Shown one piece after another: positions 1 through 14,920 of a stretch of DNA of 64,000 nt. The notes beneath the pieces are model-generated. The model searched no databases. It had not been told where the DNA came from and worked only from the letters and a program-made list of their open reading frames with translations. A program made the translations under genes and the position numbers. How positions within the stretch are numbered: the stretch's first letter is position 1; every line of letters begins with the position of its first letter. Origin of the DNA: Chrysomallon squamiferum (Eukaryota > Animalia > Mollusca); the NCBI GenBank assembly GCA_012295275.1, contig CM022670.1:17174001-17238000 (forward strand), given 5' to 3'.

Positions 1-1641
1 TAACTTAAAATAAAGTTACAGCTTCACAAAGTTAACAAAGTGACCAGATAATCATTTTGAGATATGAAGATTCAAATTTCCCAATTTGCAGTAAAATATT
101 AATTAAAATGAATGGAATGCTGCAAGACATGTTACCTAATATTTTTATGCAGACACACAGGAATGAAGGTTTGGTCACACAAACTTTACTGAAATAATAT
201 CACAGTATGTGGTAAAAACTAATGTGTTTTTAATTCTGTATTTTAAAACTAAAACTTTTCAACTTGGTGCTGGGGCACCATTAAAATTTAATTTTTAAAC
301 ATTTCCCACTAAATGTTAATAATTATTTAAAATACTTGATTATTATAATGGGTGTGTCTCAGAAAGATCAGTAGTGTACTGTTAGTTTTATAACAATAAA
401 CTGACTTTTTTTAAATTATTTGGTCCATTTTAAAAATTCCTGACATTCTGCCATTCAGCAATTTTTATTATTTATTTTTAGCATCTTCAATCAGAAAGAA
501 TTTAATTAAAAAAAAAAAAATAAAAATAAAAAAAAAAATATTGGCGCTACCTTTCCATCCATTATTGCTTTGACAGTACGAGCTAAAATGTGCTAAAAAT
601 AGTTGAAACTTAACCAAGCAGCAGTAGTGACTGTTTGTGTAGCATTTTTATCTTAATTTCAAGCCATCATCTTCCTTTTGAAAACATCCAGTTTCAACAA
701 AAATTACAGACATTAAGAAAACCTGGCACTGCTCTAATGTTATAACAAGCTAAAAAATCCAAGTCACTCAGTGATTTCTGGTACTGACTTTATGTGGCTT
801 TCATAGAAGCAGGTCAGAAATGTTCCAGTTAAATGAAGCAGATCTGATGTATTATGCTGTCTGTTGTCTCACTGAATTGTAACACCGCCAGAAGTAATTA
901 AAAATATATAAGGACAGCAATAGATCATTTTTTTTTTGTGTGGGTAAGATGTTTTTAAAAACCCAGTTTTCAATAACATTTGTGACAATAGAATATATGA
1001 AATTTCAAGATGTCCATCAAGTTTTTGAAATAAACACTTTAATTATGAAAAACATAATATCAAAAAAAAAAATATATATATATACACAGACACACACACA
1101 CACACATACATACATACACACTATGCTCGTTTCAAAAACAAACTTAAAAATTGTCTTAAATATATTTAAATCAAACTATACAAAATCTTTATTTAAAAAT
1201 TATTAAAATTTTTATTATATTTTTGGTGGGGGTTTTTTGGGAGGGATTAGGTTTTTATTACAACTTTAATCAAATGTTTACAATATATTTTTGGTTTATT
1301 AGACATTTGATCTGAATAAATTAAAAAGTTTGAAATGTATATTATACATATGTATCTGTACATAATGAGCATGTGTGCTTGTGTGCACATATATATATAC
1401 ACACACACACACATATATGCATACATATACACACAAAATGTATAAAAGAAATTTCTACATACAAACACCTGATGAATATCAAACAATTTTCAAAATACTA
1501 TCATTATAAAAATAATGTACAGAGGTGATAATATCACAGGTGATTAGCCTATTATTAACACATCCATCAAAACAATGTACACCATCACTCACAGAATACA
1601 AACTTAATCAATATGTTAATTTTTGATACATTTTTTCTTAC

Positions 1642-1960
1642 CTGCAGTAAAATCCAGCGTTACCTTTGAGAAATAAAGACACATCGTCAGAGATGTCAGT
1701 ACACAATCATCACCTACACTTTACAAAATTTCACAAAACAGAGACGAGAGAAAAAAAAACACAAAAAGCAATGTCGCCAACTGGTCACGCCCGACTGGTG
1801 TTCAAGTCCAGTGATCAGCGCAGACGTGATAACAAACGTTTTCTGTAAATTTCAATAACAAAAACACGAAAAAAAAGCGCTCGCTGTAGTTTCGCATCGA
1901 CAGACAGACATCCACGCACCAACCAACCAGCAACAGCCAACGTACGCAACACTGCGATGT
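1642..1960 (-). other. Probable non-coding (5' UTR) first exon or promoter of an unidentified gene running off the left edge
   Basis: Local CpG-rich patch inside CpG-poor DNA, ending at a consensus donor CAG|gtaaga (1641), with a second donor AAG|gtaacg ~22 nt upstream. No convincing ORF. The 5' boundary is approximate. Confidence 0.5.
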
Positions 1961-2453
1961 CTGGTTCACTCAATTATTTAACACTGCTTGTTTAATTGTG
2001 AATTGCTTCTGTTTTCTTTTTTTTTATTCTACAATGATGCAGAGGAAAGCAGGTGGTAGAACTTCCTGCTAGTGTTTTCAGGTTGTTAGGGAGGAGTCTT
2101 AGAATAAACCAATGGATGTCGCTGCTTTTGTTTTCTCAAAGCTGCTGTAATGTTTACTAGCTAATTTCATTCTGCCGATCAATATAATAAAACATGGATA
2201 GAAACATGCTCCACAAAGAAAATGCCATGATTGCTTTCTTTTTTTTTTTTTTTTTTTTTAATGTCTGTTTCTTTAAAATTAATTTAAATTTCCATCAAAG
2301 TTTGAAAGATAAATTTAGGTATTCAAGTGATACAGATTTAAATAAAAAGTTTGTTAATATTTTCAGTGATGTAATATTATTGGTAAAATTTGTTAAAATC
2401 ATTTTGGCTTTATAGGAATGTATTTCAATAATTTCTTTGAACAGAATGTATGT

Positions 2454-2459
<6 letters not shown>

Positions 2460-2517
<58 letters not shown>
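2460..2517. repeat. (GT)n microsatellite
   Basis: Perfect dinucleotide run. Confidence 0.97.
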
Positions 2518-2518
<1 letters not shown>

Positions 2519-3153
2519 ATTAATTTGTGTGTGCTGCATTTATGTTTGTATATTTGTGCATCTGAATAATAGTTAGTGTGTGTGTATGTATGTATGTGTG
2601 CTTGAGTGTATGAATGTGTGAAGGAAAAATAAAATGTATATTTATCTAAAATTTTGTTCCATTTTCCCTGCCTGTAAAAACCAACAGTCCTAATTACATC
2701 TCCATTTTATTATACCAGGATAGCAAAATTATTGCAAATATACTTGATGGTGGAAATACCAATATGGACAATTTGTCATTAACTGATTTGCCGTCTGTGA
2801 TATTTATTAATAATTGTAATCCATATTACGGTCACTACGCACACAACTTTATTGCTGATAAACATTTTATTAATATAAAATAGTTATTTTATGAAATCTT
2901 ATCAGAATTATTTTGTCAGATTCTTACATGATACCTGGAGAATAGGGAGAAATAGTAAACAAATTTTTCGGGATGTGCTTGTTTTATTCTAACACAAATT
3001 ATCCCAAAATATGTAATTTCTAAAGAATTAAATGAAATATATGGGTTACTGCACAAATACAGTAAGGTAGTGAATAATTAACAGTGCAGTAGTGACTAGA
3101 ATAACACCACACTGCAGCTTACAGAAAAAAATAAGAATAAAGTATCTATGTGA

Positions 3154-3189
<36 letters not shown>

Positions 3190-5413
3190 TTTTGGGAGGA
3201 ATGTGTATATATATGTGGGCATGCACGTGTAAATTAATATATATATTGTTTACATAATACACATGTGCACATATACACACAGTGTGTGTGATTGTGTGTG
3301 TAAAAAGCCAAAATATATTTGCATGTTTTACTCAGATTTTGACTATTAAAAAAAATCACTATTATTATGTTATTAAATATCAGTTTATTCTTTAGTCACT
3401 ACAGAAATTAAGAATTAAATTACACAGGATCATTAACTGAACAGCTGTAGTATGCAACAGTCAATTTCGTGTTTCATTTAATTATAATTTTATTAAAGAA
3501 ATAAAACTTAAATAACACATAACCTTGAATGATCTCAAAAATTAAAATTACTGATAAAACAAACTGTTTACTTGGAACCATGTCTACAGTAAACAATTTT
3601 TTTTATTAACCATCTACATTGATAACAAAATATCAGGCAAAATGAATATTAGGTTTTACCAGACTGTTTTAACAGTAAGTTTTTAAATTAACAGTGGTAG
3701 GAATGTTAACATTTTCTCACCAGTCATTTTAGAAGATGACGTCTTGACAAGCTGTACAATAGATACATCCTTCATCTGAGTGCAAAGTGAACAAATGACC
3801 AACTGCAAGTGTCCACACACACATGTCCATCTGTTTGTAAACTGACAATTCCTGATGCGACACCATCCCACCTGTGGTCAACATCCCGTAACTACCTGTC
3901 TTAAAACACCATCATTACCCTTTTGTCCACTGCTACAAAACGGTCTGTCCCGAACAGCGAAAAAGTCCATGGGACACTTTACGTGTTATCATAAAATTAA
4001 AGATTTTCTTTTTATTTCATTTATTGACAGGTTGCTTCTGATTGCAAGTGACTTAGCATGACGGTCACCCCATGACAGATGTCAGACTATCCTCTGGTTG
4101 CTGGTCACTCCGGTGGCATCCCACCACTCAGCCAACAAGCCATTCTAAATGAGCAACTTAGCCATTGTAAATCAGAAGTGCAGTCAATGAAGATCTACAG
4201 ATAAAGACATTAAATTGGACATAAAAGACTTAATTTTTCTCAAAGGCTAACACTTTGTGTACACGGGTTATAAGCACAGCAAGAGAGCTTCCTAGCATTC
4301 TCTGTTTGAAATTGAAAGTGGAAGGAATCGTGGATAGCTTACAGCATTGTCAAAGTGAAATTGTTAACCTTTCTTTCCAGCTTTGCTCTGCGCTACTTGT
4401 GGATGACTTTCTGATGACCTATTAGACTATTAGTGGATTTGATCAAAAGTACCAGCTTTCTAGTCAAGTGGTGCATGTAAAAACATTTCAAGATTAAATG
4501 AAGGGTAGAGGAATGAAAGGATATATCAACAATAAATGTTGTGTACCATGTTAACTCCTTTTCAATGTTGTTTTTTTTTCCCATTGCTATTCATGGTTGC
4601 CAGATATTATACATTCGAGGTTAAAATGTTACATTTCTATATTCTGAAACATTTTAATTCTAAAGATTCCAGTTTGTAGTTATTTCAAAGAAACAAAAAA
4701 TTAACATCCATTATTAAGCATATTTTGAATAATATAAACAAGTTTTTTCAACAAAGAAAAAATTTATATTGAAAGATATTAAAATGAAAATAAGTAAATG
4801 TATAATAAATAAACATCCCATCAAATATAATAAAAGTGTAATACTTGTATTAAACACCTATTTTTGTGTATAATTTTAACTTTTCAGAAATACCCATATA
4901 GATTGAAACTGTATCCAAGTTAAAAGCAACAATCATATTGAACTGAATTTACTGTAATGGGTAAAAATGAGATGGTAAAAAATTCTTAACAGCAAGTTAA
5001 TTAAAATACATATCAAACTACAGTAAACCAATACACACAGACATTGTTAATGATTACTTTCTTTGTCTTTTTTATTAACTAAACCATGGATAATTTCAAA
5101 ATAATTATTAAATAGATTGATTTTTTAAATAATTCATTTCTTTTATTAATCTGAACACCTGTCGGGGGTGTCAGTGAACATTAACCATCAATACATCTGC
5201 AATATTTTCATCTTCCTCGAAGCAGAAAAGTCAATTCCAGCCCTGCCAGCTTTATCCACAGGAGATGGAGAGGACAAAATATCACTTGTACAAAAGTTAT
5301 AAAGTGGCATGAAGAGGCAATCAAACATCGCTGAAGCGACAACACTGATAAAGTGAAAATGATGACTGACTAGACTGTCTTGTTGCATCATGTGACACAG
5401 CCTCTTACACAAA

Positions 5414-5427
5414 GCGCCATCTACTGT
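5414..5427 (-). promoter_or_regulatory. CTCF-like motif ACAGTAGATGGCGC
   Basis: Close match to the CTCF core CCASYAGRKGGCRS. Its CpG is retained in a CpG-poor region. Confidence 0.45.
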
Positions 5428-7390
5428 TCAGTGAGCAGAGGAGCTAATATAATATTAATGTCATTTTTTATAAAGAGGAATTAAACCTGGTTAGTGAAAG
5501 CTAAGTTTTACACAGTACATCATCTACAGTTCAGTGAATGAGATCTGATATAATATTAATGTTTGAACATAAACAGGATTTAAATTTGGTTAGTGGAAAA
5601 CAGATTTAAACACACCAATGAGATAACTGAAAAAAATTTGAATTTTTTATTTTAATATTTGAATGTCTTTTTTAAACAGTGATGTTTATTTTCACTTTCT
5701 AAACATTATGACCTGTGAACCAGTTTTACACAAATAAATATTGCTCTTAAATACTTTATACTTTTAGTAATAATGAAGAGTAGTCAAGGTCCAGTGACTA
5801 AAGGACTAACAGATTCACTTAGACAAAATCTTGAAGATGTAACTGAGCTTTTAAAATGTTAAAGTGAAATCTCCAGTTTTGTAACTTGTTGTCAGTTCCT
5901 GTCAAGTGAAAGCTCACAAGCACCATGTCCTTTGTGAGATAAACACAGGCTGAATAAGAGACGGGTTAGTCATTTCAACAATCTCCTCATACACATTCAA
6001 GTCACATCGGCTAAAGAGGCAAAACCATGAGGAAATTAATTGCTATCTAATCCTGGGGGCACATTTCACCCTGACAATCAAACAGCTTTACGGCAAATTA
6101 CTGCAAGTTACTTGAGACGTAATCTGATCTGGGACTGCCCATTCAACAGGGAAAGTGGACAAAAAAAAAAAAAAAATGTTAAAAATGATTTCACATCCAG
6201 GATTCAGACACTGCATGGACGAGGATGCATGCCTTGCTTGTGTAAAGTATCAGTGACTGTTACCTGTGTTTACAACCTGACCTGGCTGTGATGGTTCACC
6301 AGGTAACATTTCATCAGGTGAACAAGCCTGGATCATCATCACCACGACGACCAACCTGTCCATTTTCAGCACGCTTTGGTCAATAAAAGAAACATAATAA
6401 CAGCAGCAGATGCTGTTATAATCATCATCATTATCATCCTTATTCCAGCATTTTTATACAATGAATTAGTTGTAACAAAAAAAGGAAATAATCAGATTAG
6501 AAAAATCGGAAGCAGAACAATTATATCTTTTATGAAATCAATAACATTTAGACAAATAACGACTTGTTAACAGTGCAGAAAAGTAGCAAGATTAACTAAC
6601 TTCCACAATATTCTCAATATTTCAGTTCCTTAATTAGCATAACCATAATCATTATTACAAGGGGACATTAAATTATTTTCAATTTCAAAGAGAAGTTTTA
6701 ATTTTTTAACATTAAAATAAACTGAACATAAATTTTCAAAACACAGTAAACTATAAAACATAAGGTTGTATTTTGAATAACGACTACTTGAACATTAAAA
6801 AATGAATTATTAATATTTTCAATCATTATTTCTAATTATCTCAAATTGATGTTTATGAAATCAGTCTGCATTTTGTTTTTGATATATATGTTTTAACCGA
6901 TTTTTTTCTTTTTTTTGTTGTTGTTGTTCACATGAAATCTAACAATGGTGTTGTTATTCAATATGATAATTTCTATAGAAACATTTTCTTGTGTTAGAGA
7001 TAGTCTTTTGTAACCACATTGGATGTCGTGATGATTTATCTGTTTATGTAACAGAGACGAACAGATCTGGCACTGTTAGATTTGTGTCCTGTAAAGCCAA
7101 AGAGTAATCCAAGAGAAGGGGAGATTATTTCACAACCAACTGACAATGGTGTAAAAACATAACAATTTGAGTCTGCCTGTTGACAGTCTTTCACACTGAA
7201 TATTGAGAACTGTAACTGAAGATATCGCTGAAAGGTTTTCATATCTGATCTCTGTTTTGTAATATACTGTTACTGTGATAGCATTTCTCCCTAACATACA
7301 TGTTTTCACTGTTATCAGTTAGTCCATGCAAATGTTTATTATAATCTGTGTATAATCTCAGTCTCAATCTCTCTCAATCTCTCTCCTTCT

Positions 7391-7426
<36 letters not shown>

Positions 7427-9589
7427 TGTGCACGCATGCGTGAAATTCATGATGTCTCGGATAATTATTAAGTAAAATTCTGAATTTTAACAGTTAAAGT
7501 TCTGCATTTGTGTAGTTTAATGAAATTTAAAATGTATTTTTCAGAACCGAGTGTTGCATAACTTCAAAATTTCAGTAATTTTATTATGTAAAACAATTTT
7601 TATAAGCATCTTACAGACAGGGTAGTACAAACCATTACCTTCTTTAGTTACACCAGCTACGGAGATTAGGTTGGAACAAGAAAAAGTTCACATCAACAAA
7701 ACATAAAAACACCTAACCAAAGAAAATGTCACAGTTACAGCTCTAACTATTTTTTAATGACTGCAGTAACAATTTATAAAAATGTAACATTCTGTAACAT
7801 TTTTCACTAAATTATTGAAATTTAATTTGGCAGGTTTATTTTTCCTAATGCAGATACCAGAGGGTGTCCTCTCAGCTGACAAAGTAGCTTACAATATCAC
7901 AGAATTAATAAACCAGCGATAGACAACAAGAATCAGTTCTGTTAGCTAATACATCTGTGTTGAATTATAAATATTTTATCTACAGTATTTACTCATTAAT
8001 CATTACTTTTACCTTTTTTTTATTGTATTTTTTATTTATTTTTAGTGTACCAAGTTTCATACCTAGAATAAATTGGGTTTTTAAAAACTAACACCAGTAA
8101 TAACCATCAACACAGTTCAGTCATTAACCATTCATCTATTTTAAAAGACATCTATCTCTATTTGAATTTAAAATTATTTTAAATATGCCTGTATTTGCAG
8201 TTAGAACGATGTAGACAATGTCAAAATAAATTAACAGGGAGAAAACATTTTTCAAATACTTCACCATTCTTTGAAACGGATTTTAAAAATCTTTGAAAGT
8301 GAAAGTGAACAAGAAAACTACAGTCGTGGTACATGTGAAAATAAATTGGAAACGGCACTAATTGTTAGTTTGCGTACAGTCATTAATTTTCCTGACATTA
8401 TGTGCATGCTACACAAGTCCATTCTCATTAACACACGGCTAGGAATGAACTATCTTGCAGATAATGGCTGCTATTGATTGCTTTATTTGCAGACAATGGG
8501 CCAAAGTGACGGAATCTTCAACAAGCACAGATAATGGGAGATAACCATGGCGTGGTTTCTGTTACTGACTGGAAGCAGGTGATAAAGTAGGCAGGTTATC
8601 ACTGAAAAATTGTCAAATTCATTTGACATTTCAGCTTTTGTCTGAGGTTATCTTTTTTATGTACTTGGAAATGTTCTTGGAGCTGGCTGTTTTGTGTCAG
8701 AAAAGAAAATAATTTCAGTGTGTTTTTAGGTTTTTTTAATTTAATATCGTCTACAGATATTTGTAATTAATATAATTGTATGTGTGTAAGGTGTGTGCAT
8801 GTGTGCATCAAATACATGCACATTCTCTGTATAAGTGTTTATGTATCTTGGATTAAAGTTTAAAATAATTCTAAACTGTTATGTCTTAATAGCACTAACA
8901 TGGCATTATATTTATTGCCTAGAAAGTTCGTACACATTTATAATTAATAAATATTAAAGTTTTAAAATTGCGTATATTCTTAAAATATAATTACTGTTAC
9001 TAGTCAGTCATTTTAAATAACATATATCTAAATCTAAATATGATCAATTAGTAACAAAGTTAGAGTTTTAAAATTCATATGTAATAAACTTGTCAATTAA
9101 AGTGCTGCATGTTGATATATAATATATATTTAAAAAAAAAAAAAACACCTGCACATCTTACATTTGTAACTTTTTCATTATTACTTCTAATAAAACTGTT
9201 TAAAATACTGAAATACAAAGCTACAAAAATATTCAATTACTGTACCACTACAAATAAAACACTGAGATGAATATTTTCAGAACCTTTATAACCAAGCTGA
9301 CAAAGAAAGATTTCTCTCAGTATTCAAAGTGAAGACATTAGCCATTCAGCAGCTCGTGAAGTGAACATAACAACAAACTAACCCCAGGGGTTTCCCTCCC
9401 TTTTATTTCCTACAGAAGTTAAACACCTCATCCAGCCCCACCCTCCAAAGCCTGGGATCATTGTGCTGATCCTGTAATAGTACTATCCTATAACAGAAAG
9501 GTATAAATCAAACTAGCGTGGTCATTATCAGACACGATAATCTGTCCCCCAGTGTTTGCAATGTCTAACTGCTGTGTTTATTTACACAT

Positions 9590-10400
9590 ACTCGTAAATT
9601 TGGTTTTTACAATCAAAGAAATAGGGTAAAGTCGAATAAACACTACTGAAAAATGTTTCGAACATTAAAAACTCTACCTAGATTATTTCATAACAAATCT
9701 AAAGCTGAAACTGTATTTCTGAAAGTTTTTAATCATTTATTGCGGGAAAGATCGCAAGCTTTCGTAACGAGTGCGCAATTTGGAACGAAAACAACAAAAA
9801 AATACGTCTGCTTTAAAGTAGTGTCTTTCTAATTTATGGCAATTTTGGGTAAACTAGGATTTTATAAATAAAGTCGGTTCTGTAATACGTAATAACCAGT
9901 TGTGCCCCAGCACACGTGTTACTCGTAAGCGCGTTAAAAATCGATAAAATGACAGTGATACTCGCGTTTTGGCGCAAAAATAAACATGGCTTTTGCGTGT
10001 GTCTTTCACAAAGAGGTGGGCACCGGTGGTTACCGTGTTTTCTTCCTTTTCACATAATTATCTGCCGTTCATACCTTGTTTTACCCTTGATCGTTTTGTA
10101 TCGTATAATACTTATTTTTTTAAATTACATATTTTGTATTTTAAATTAATGTTACACAAATACATAAAAATAATAATAAATATATTTTTTTTAAAAGTGA
10201 GAGAGATTCTCATATAATTCTCTGAATTAATCTTTAAAAGAGATTTCAAAATGGAAAGTAATTACCAAAATTTCTTCAGATGTAATCAATGCACCTTCGT
10301 CACACAATTGATGTCCACACCCAATTAGACTGATAAAACTGACATGCACGTGATTCACTGATTTTGCGCGCGCTTGGTAAAGGTCACAGAGTGTGTTCGT
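9590..10400. promoter_or_regulatory. CpG-rich promoter-like region at the edge of the CpG-depleted left domain
   Basis: Abrupt rise in CpG from ~9590. Possible minus-strand donor CGA|gtatgt near 9590. Confidence 0.4.
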
Positions 10401-10853
10401 TTTTCAGTTGAGCTTGAAACGATTGTAACAAATATATCTAGTAACAGATTTTAGCACCTTCCTTCTTTTAAAATACAGTAACCGTATTCGTAAACCACTT
10501 CTGATAGTCATGCAAAATAATAATAATAACAACAAAACCACAACAATAAATAAATAAATAAATAAATAAATAGAAGAATAAATAGAATAAATTTTAAAAA
10601 TAAAATAAATAAATAGAATAAATTTTAAAAATAAAAGAAATAATAATAACACATAAATAATTAAATAATCAGTAAATATTTTTATGTATATTAAAGAGTC
10701 AAAAAAATAGTTAACGAAAATTGAAAACGCAAAAAACTAGATTTTCGAAGATACCAAATTAGAAATATATAAGCACAAAAATGAAATAATAATAAATAAA
10801 AAAAATAAAAAAATCAAGAAACAAATAAATAAAAAGTTTTGTTTGCATTTCGT

Positions 10854-10886
<33 letters not shown>

Positions 10887-11451
10887 TAAAACTTGTTTAA
10901 CTGTCCTTGAAACACTCGCCTCGCCCAAGCTGGATCACCTTGTATTTAGAGTTCCGTGATCACATTATTTCATTTGTTCTAAATAATTTTATTTATTTAT
11001 TTATTTATTTATCAGGCAGAGGTAATAGCTTTTTGTCTCTCTAATTTCTTAGGTATTTAAATATTTTATATCATATAGTTTGACACAACAATGTTACGTG
11101 TTTTTTAATTTTGATTTCTTCTTTGTATTGTCTTTAATATCCAAATGAAAATGTTGAAAATCCATCACTAAATAATTTCCGTACACCAAACAAGAAAATC
11201 TGTAATCACATTGAATGAATTTATATTTAACGATTCTTACACGTCCTGCATGACTTACGTGTTTATTAATAAATTTAAATAAAATAAATGTATTTATTAA
11301 TTTAGATCTATAGTATCAATAATAATAAATAATATATTATGAAAGAAGAAAAGAAACACTATATTATGATGACGATAACTGAACAAGAAGAAGAAGAAAA
11401 AACCATATTGATTTTATTATTATTATTATTATTGTCTTTTTAATATTTATC

Positions 11452-11492
<41 letters not shown>

Positions 11493-12571
11493 TTAATATT
11501 GAAGTCGTAATGCATATTTTCCTTTACATTAAAGAGTACATTAATTTTTTTTTGTGATTTAAAGAAAATGGCTAAATATATTCCGCACACTCACAAATTA
11601 TTTTTTAAATTTATTTTTGCCGTCAGTCTTTGTTAAGAATGAAGTGTAACTACAAAAGAACACTGTTTTGAAATAATTATGTCGTAGTCGCCATGGTTTT
11701 CAGTAACTGTGATAACACCGTGTACGGCACGGTCCGATTTGCTTTGAGTTTCTTCTAAAATCCGCCTAATACACAAAGACATCACGACTTCATTCTGAGA
11801 TTTTGTAGTCTTACTATTTTATTTTAATATATTGTTAGTGCGCTGAAAACAATTAAATAATAAATTAACATTTTTATTAGATCATTTATTCGTACCGAGA
11901 GCGATACATTATAAAAATGCATAACCGGTGGCTCAGTCTGTTAAAAGTTTTTAACATTCAAAAAGGCAGGCTTATCATAGTTGCTCAGGGGAAGCAACTC
12001 GTAAAAGAGGAATAACTCTGAAATAGATACGTAGCTAAACCCCTGTTTAGATGCTATTGAGACTTTACGTTTTTGTGTATGTTTGAGGAAAATTTCTGAT
12101 ATTAATAAATCTATTTTAGAATGTTTAATCTGCAGACCTCATTGGTAGTGTTAGTCTTTTCTAGCTTTACAGTGTTTTTGTATTTATTTATTTCCATTTT
12201 ATTTTGTTTTTTATTCTATTATTATTATTATTATTATTTAATTAATTAATTGATTTATTTAGATGTAATTATTTAGAGTTTTAATAAATACACCAGACAT
12301 AAATTAATCCAGGATTTTTTAATGAAGAGTGGATAAGACATACAGATCCTAATTTGTATAAAGAATTCTGTGAGTGAAATCAATTTGTAGATGTCTGGCA
12401 AGTGGCCAAATAAATTTTATTCAATCTATATATATGTTTTGTGTCTAATGAATTTTAGTTTTGACAAATAATGTCTTTTACACTTAATTCTTACAAAGTC
12501 AACAATCTTTATTATATATCATTTTAATATGTTAATAATTTATGCCTGATATACATATACATACTATTTAA

Positions 12572-12609
<38 letters not shown>

Positions 12610-13179
12610 TAATAAAACAAACAAACAAACAAACAAACAAACAAACAAACAAACTAACAAATAAATAAATAAAAATGAAATCAAATAAATACAAAATTAT
12701 TATTATTCTTATTCGATTTAGTTTCGTGGTAATTTCATTAATATAAACAATAATAATAAAACAAAATTTAAAAAAAAAAAAAAAATACAAATTTATCACT
12801 AACATATATCAGTCAATCAAAAGGACAATTTCTCCATTTAATTCGCCTACATGTGTGGAGTGATGTAAAATGAAATTTCCTCTGATAACTTCAACGGACT
12901 GCAAGTTCACTTGGCTTAACAAATCAAACTTACACATAATTTGATTGTTCACTCGGCGTAAGTTAATCAAATTCTGTGTCAACATTTATCTTTGATTTTA
13001 AAGAAAATAAATTTGTGCATGAGCCATCGTGGCTGTCCGAAATAGGAAATCTATAATTACTGAGTCTTTGTCCAGATTAGAAATTCATGCTCGGACTAGG
13101 AGCACGACTGAGTGCCGAATTAACATGATTGGAAATATTTGTCACACTAAAACCCGTCCAGCCCGTTTGTGCGTTAAGA

Positions 13180-13650
13180 AGAAATTTCCCAGCATAATAC
13201 GAGAAATTAGAAAAAAAAGTTTCTTAATACAATTCTCCCTTGATGAAACAGTAAAAGGAAATATCTTACTATAATACGAGAAATTAGAGAAGTCTCTTAA
13301 TATAAGTCAACCTTGAAGAAACAGTAAGGCGAAATATTTTACTATAATACGAGAAATTAGAAAAGTTTCTTAATGTAATTTATCTTGAAAATTTAAAAAA
13401 AAAAAAAAAAAGTTAAGAAGAAATATCCCAGCATAATATGAGAAATCAGAAAAGTTAATTAATATAATTCTCCTTTGAAAAAGCATTAGTTACGACGAAA
13501 TATCTTACCATTGTACAAGAAATTAGAAAAGTTTCTTAAATTAATTTTATCATCAAAAAAAAAAAAAAAAAAAGTAACCATTAGTCAAGAAGAATTACCC
13601 CAGTATTATACGAGAAATTAGAAAAGGTACTTGATGTAATTTTCTCTTGA
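13180..13650. repeat. Degenerate minisatellite, ~6 units of ~73-94 bp
   Basis: Core ataatacgagaaattagaaaagtttcttaat recurs near 13200, 13277, 13350, 13440, 13517 and 13611. Poly-A length varies between units. Confidence 0.9.
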
Positions 13651-14889
13651 AAACCCCCCAATAATAATACTATCAGCTTAAACTGATGTAATGTAGTGTA
13701 TTATTTCATACAAATTATTATTATGTTAGATGTATCAGAATTATAATTTTTGTATTTTTATTATTATTTTTTTTAATCAATACATTGTTATAGAACGTTT
13801 TTAAATCTGTTATGTATTGCTCGCCAATTTATCAATCATGACAATGTAACAGCATACTGTGTTCCTTCTTACAAATCATAATATTCCTGGAACTGTGAAT
13901 GAATCTATATGATCCTCAATATATCCTTTCTTTTTTCTTCTTCTTCTTTTTCTTTTTGTTGTTTTCCTTTTTCGTTTTCGATTCGTTTAATGTTCTTTGT
14001 TCTGTTTATCAGTTATTATTAAAATAAAATAAATGATAAATTAAAAAAACCAAAAAGAAATGAAACCAACAAAATAAACCTCTGCAATATATGCAGATAC
14101 ATTATAATCAACAATTATTTTTTACAAATAAATTTAAAATCGTAATTTTATTGTTTTTCCATCGTCAAATAAAAATATTTTCCCACAGCATTTTAAAATC
14201 CTAAAAAAAAAAAAAAAAAAAAATGAAAAAATTAAGCGACATACTCTAGCTTCTCAGTCTTCAGCAGAAGAAATTGTGAAGAAGAGAATAATTCAAAAAG
14301 TTCATTTTATCAAAATATTGATTGTGAGAGAAAGCCTGGAAGGCAGAGCTTGATGACTAGTTAAAATATAAAAAGATGCGGGTCGACAGAAGCCGCACGG
14401 AATTCAAAGACGTCGCTTCCTCTGCAATAACAAGGTTCACTGCAGAAGTGTTTAATGTTCCCGTAATAACAGGACGATTCGACATCAGCGTCGTTCACAG
14501 CAACTTCGCGTCCACAAATGTCGGTGTTTAAAGTAATTCTGCATGTACTGTCTTTCAAACACGACAATAACGTGTATGAAGAACAGTTATTTGTAGAAGA
14601 GTTTTGGAATACGGGATTATTTTTTTTTTTTTTCGTATACGAACTATAGAATACAAAATAAAAATGCCGTATTAATCAATCTTGCCCATTAACCGCGCGC
14701 ACACACACACCCACACACAAAATAATGAATTTTTTTTGTTTTTATATAAAAACAGTGAAATATTTATTAATGTGATCTAATAATATGCTAAGGCACAAAC
14801 AAAATATCATATCCAGAAAAGAAACTGGTTTCAACTGATATATCTATTTTCTTTTCTTTTATCATTCTTTTTTTTTTTTTTCTTTCTTT

Positions 14890-14920
<31 letters not shown>

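Noticed and set aside
11920-12030. A-box-like GGTGGCTCAGTCTGTTAA as a tRNA or SINE head
   Set aside because: No B box or cloverleaf follows; at most a small repeat fragment.
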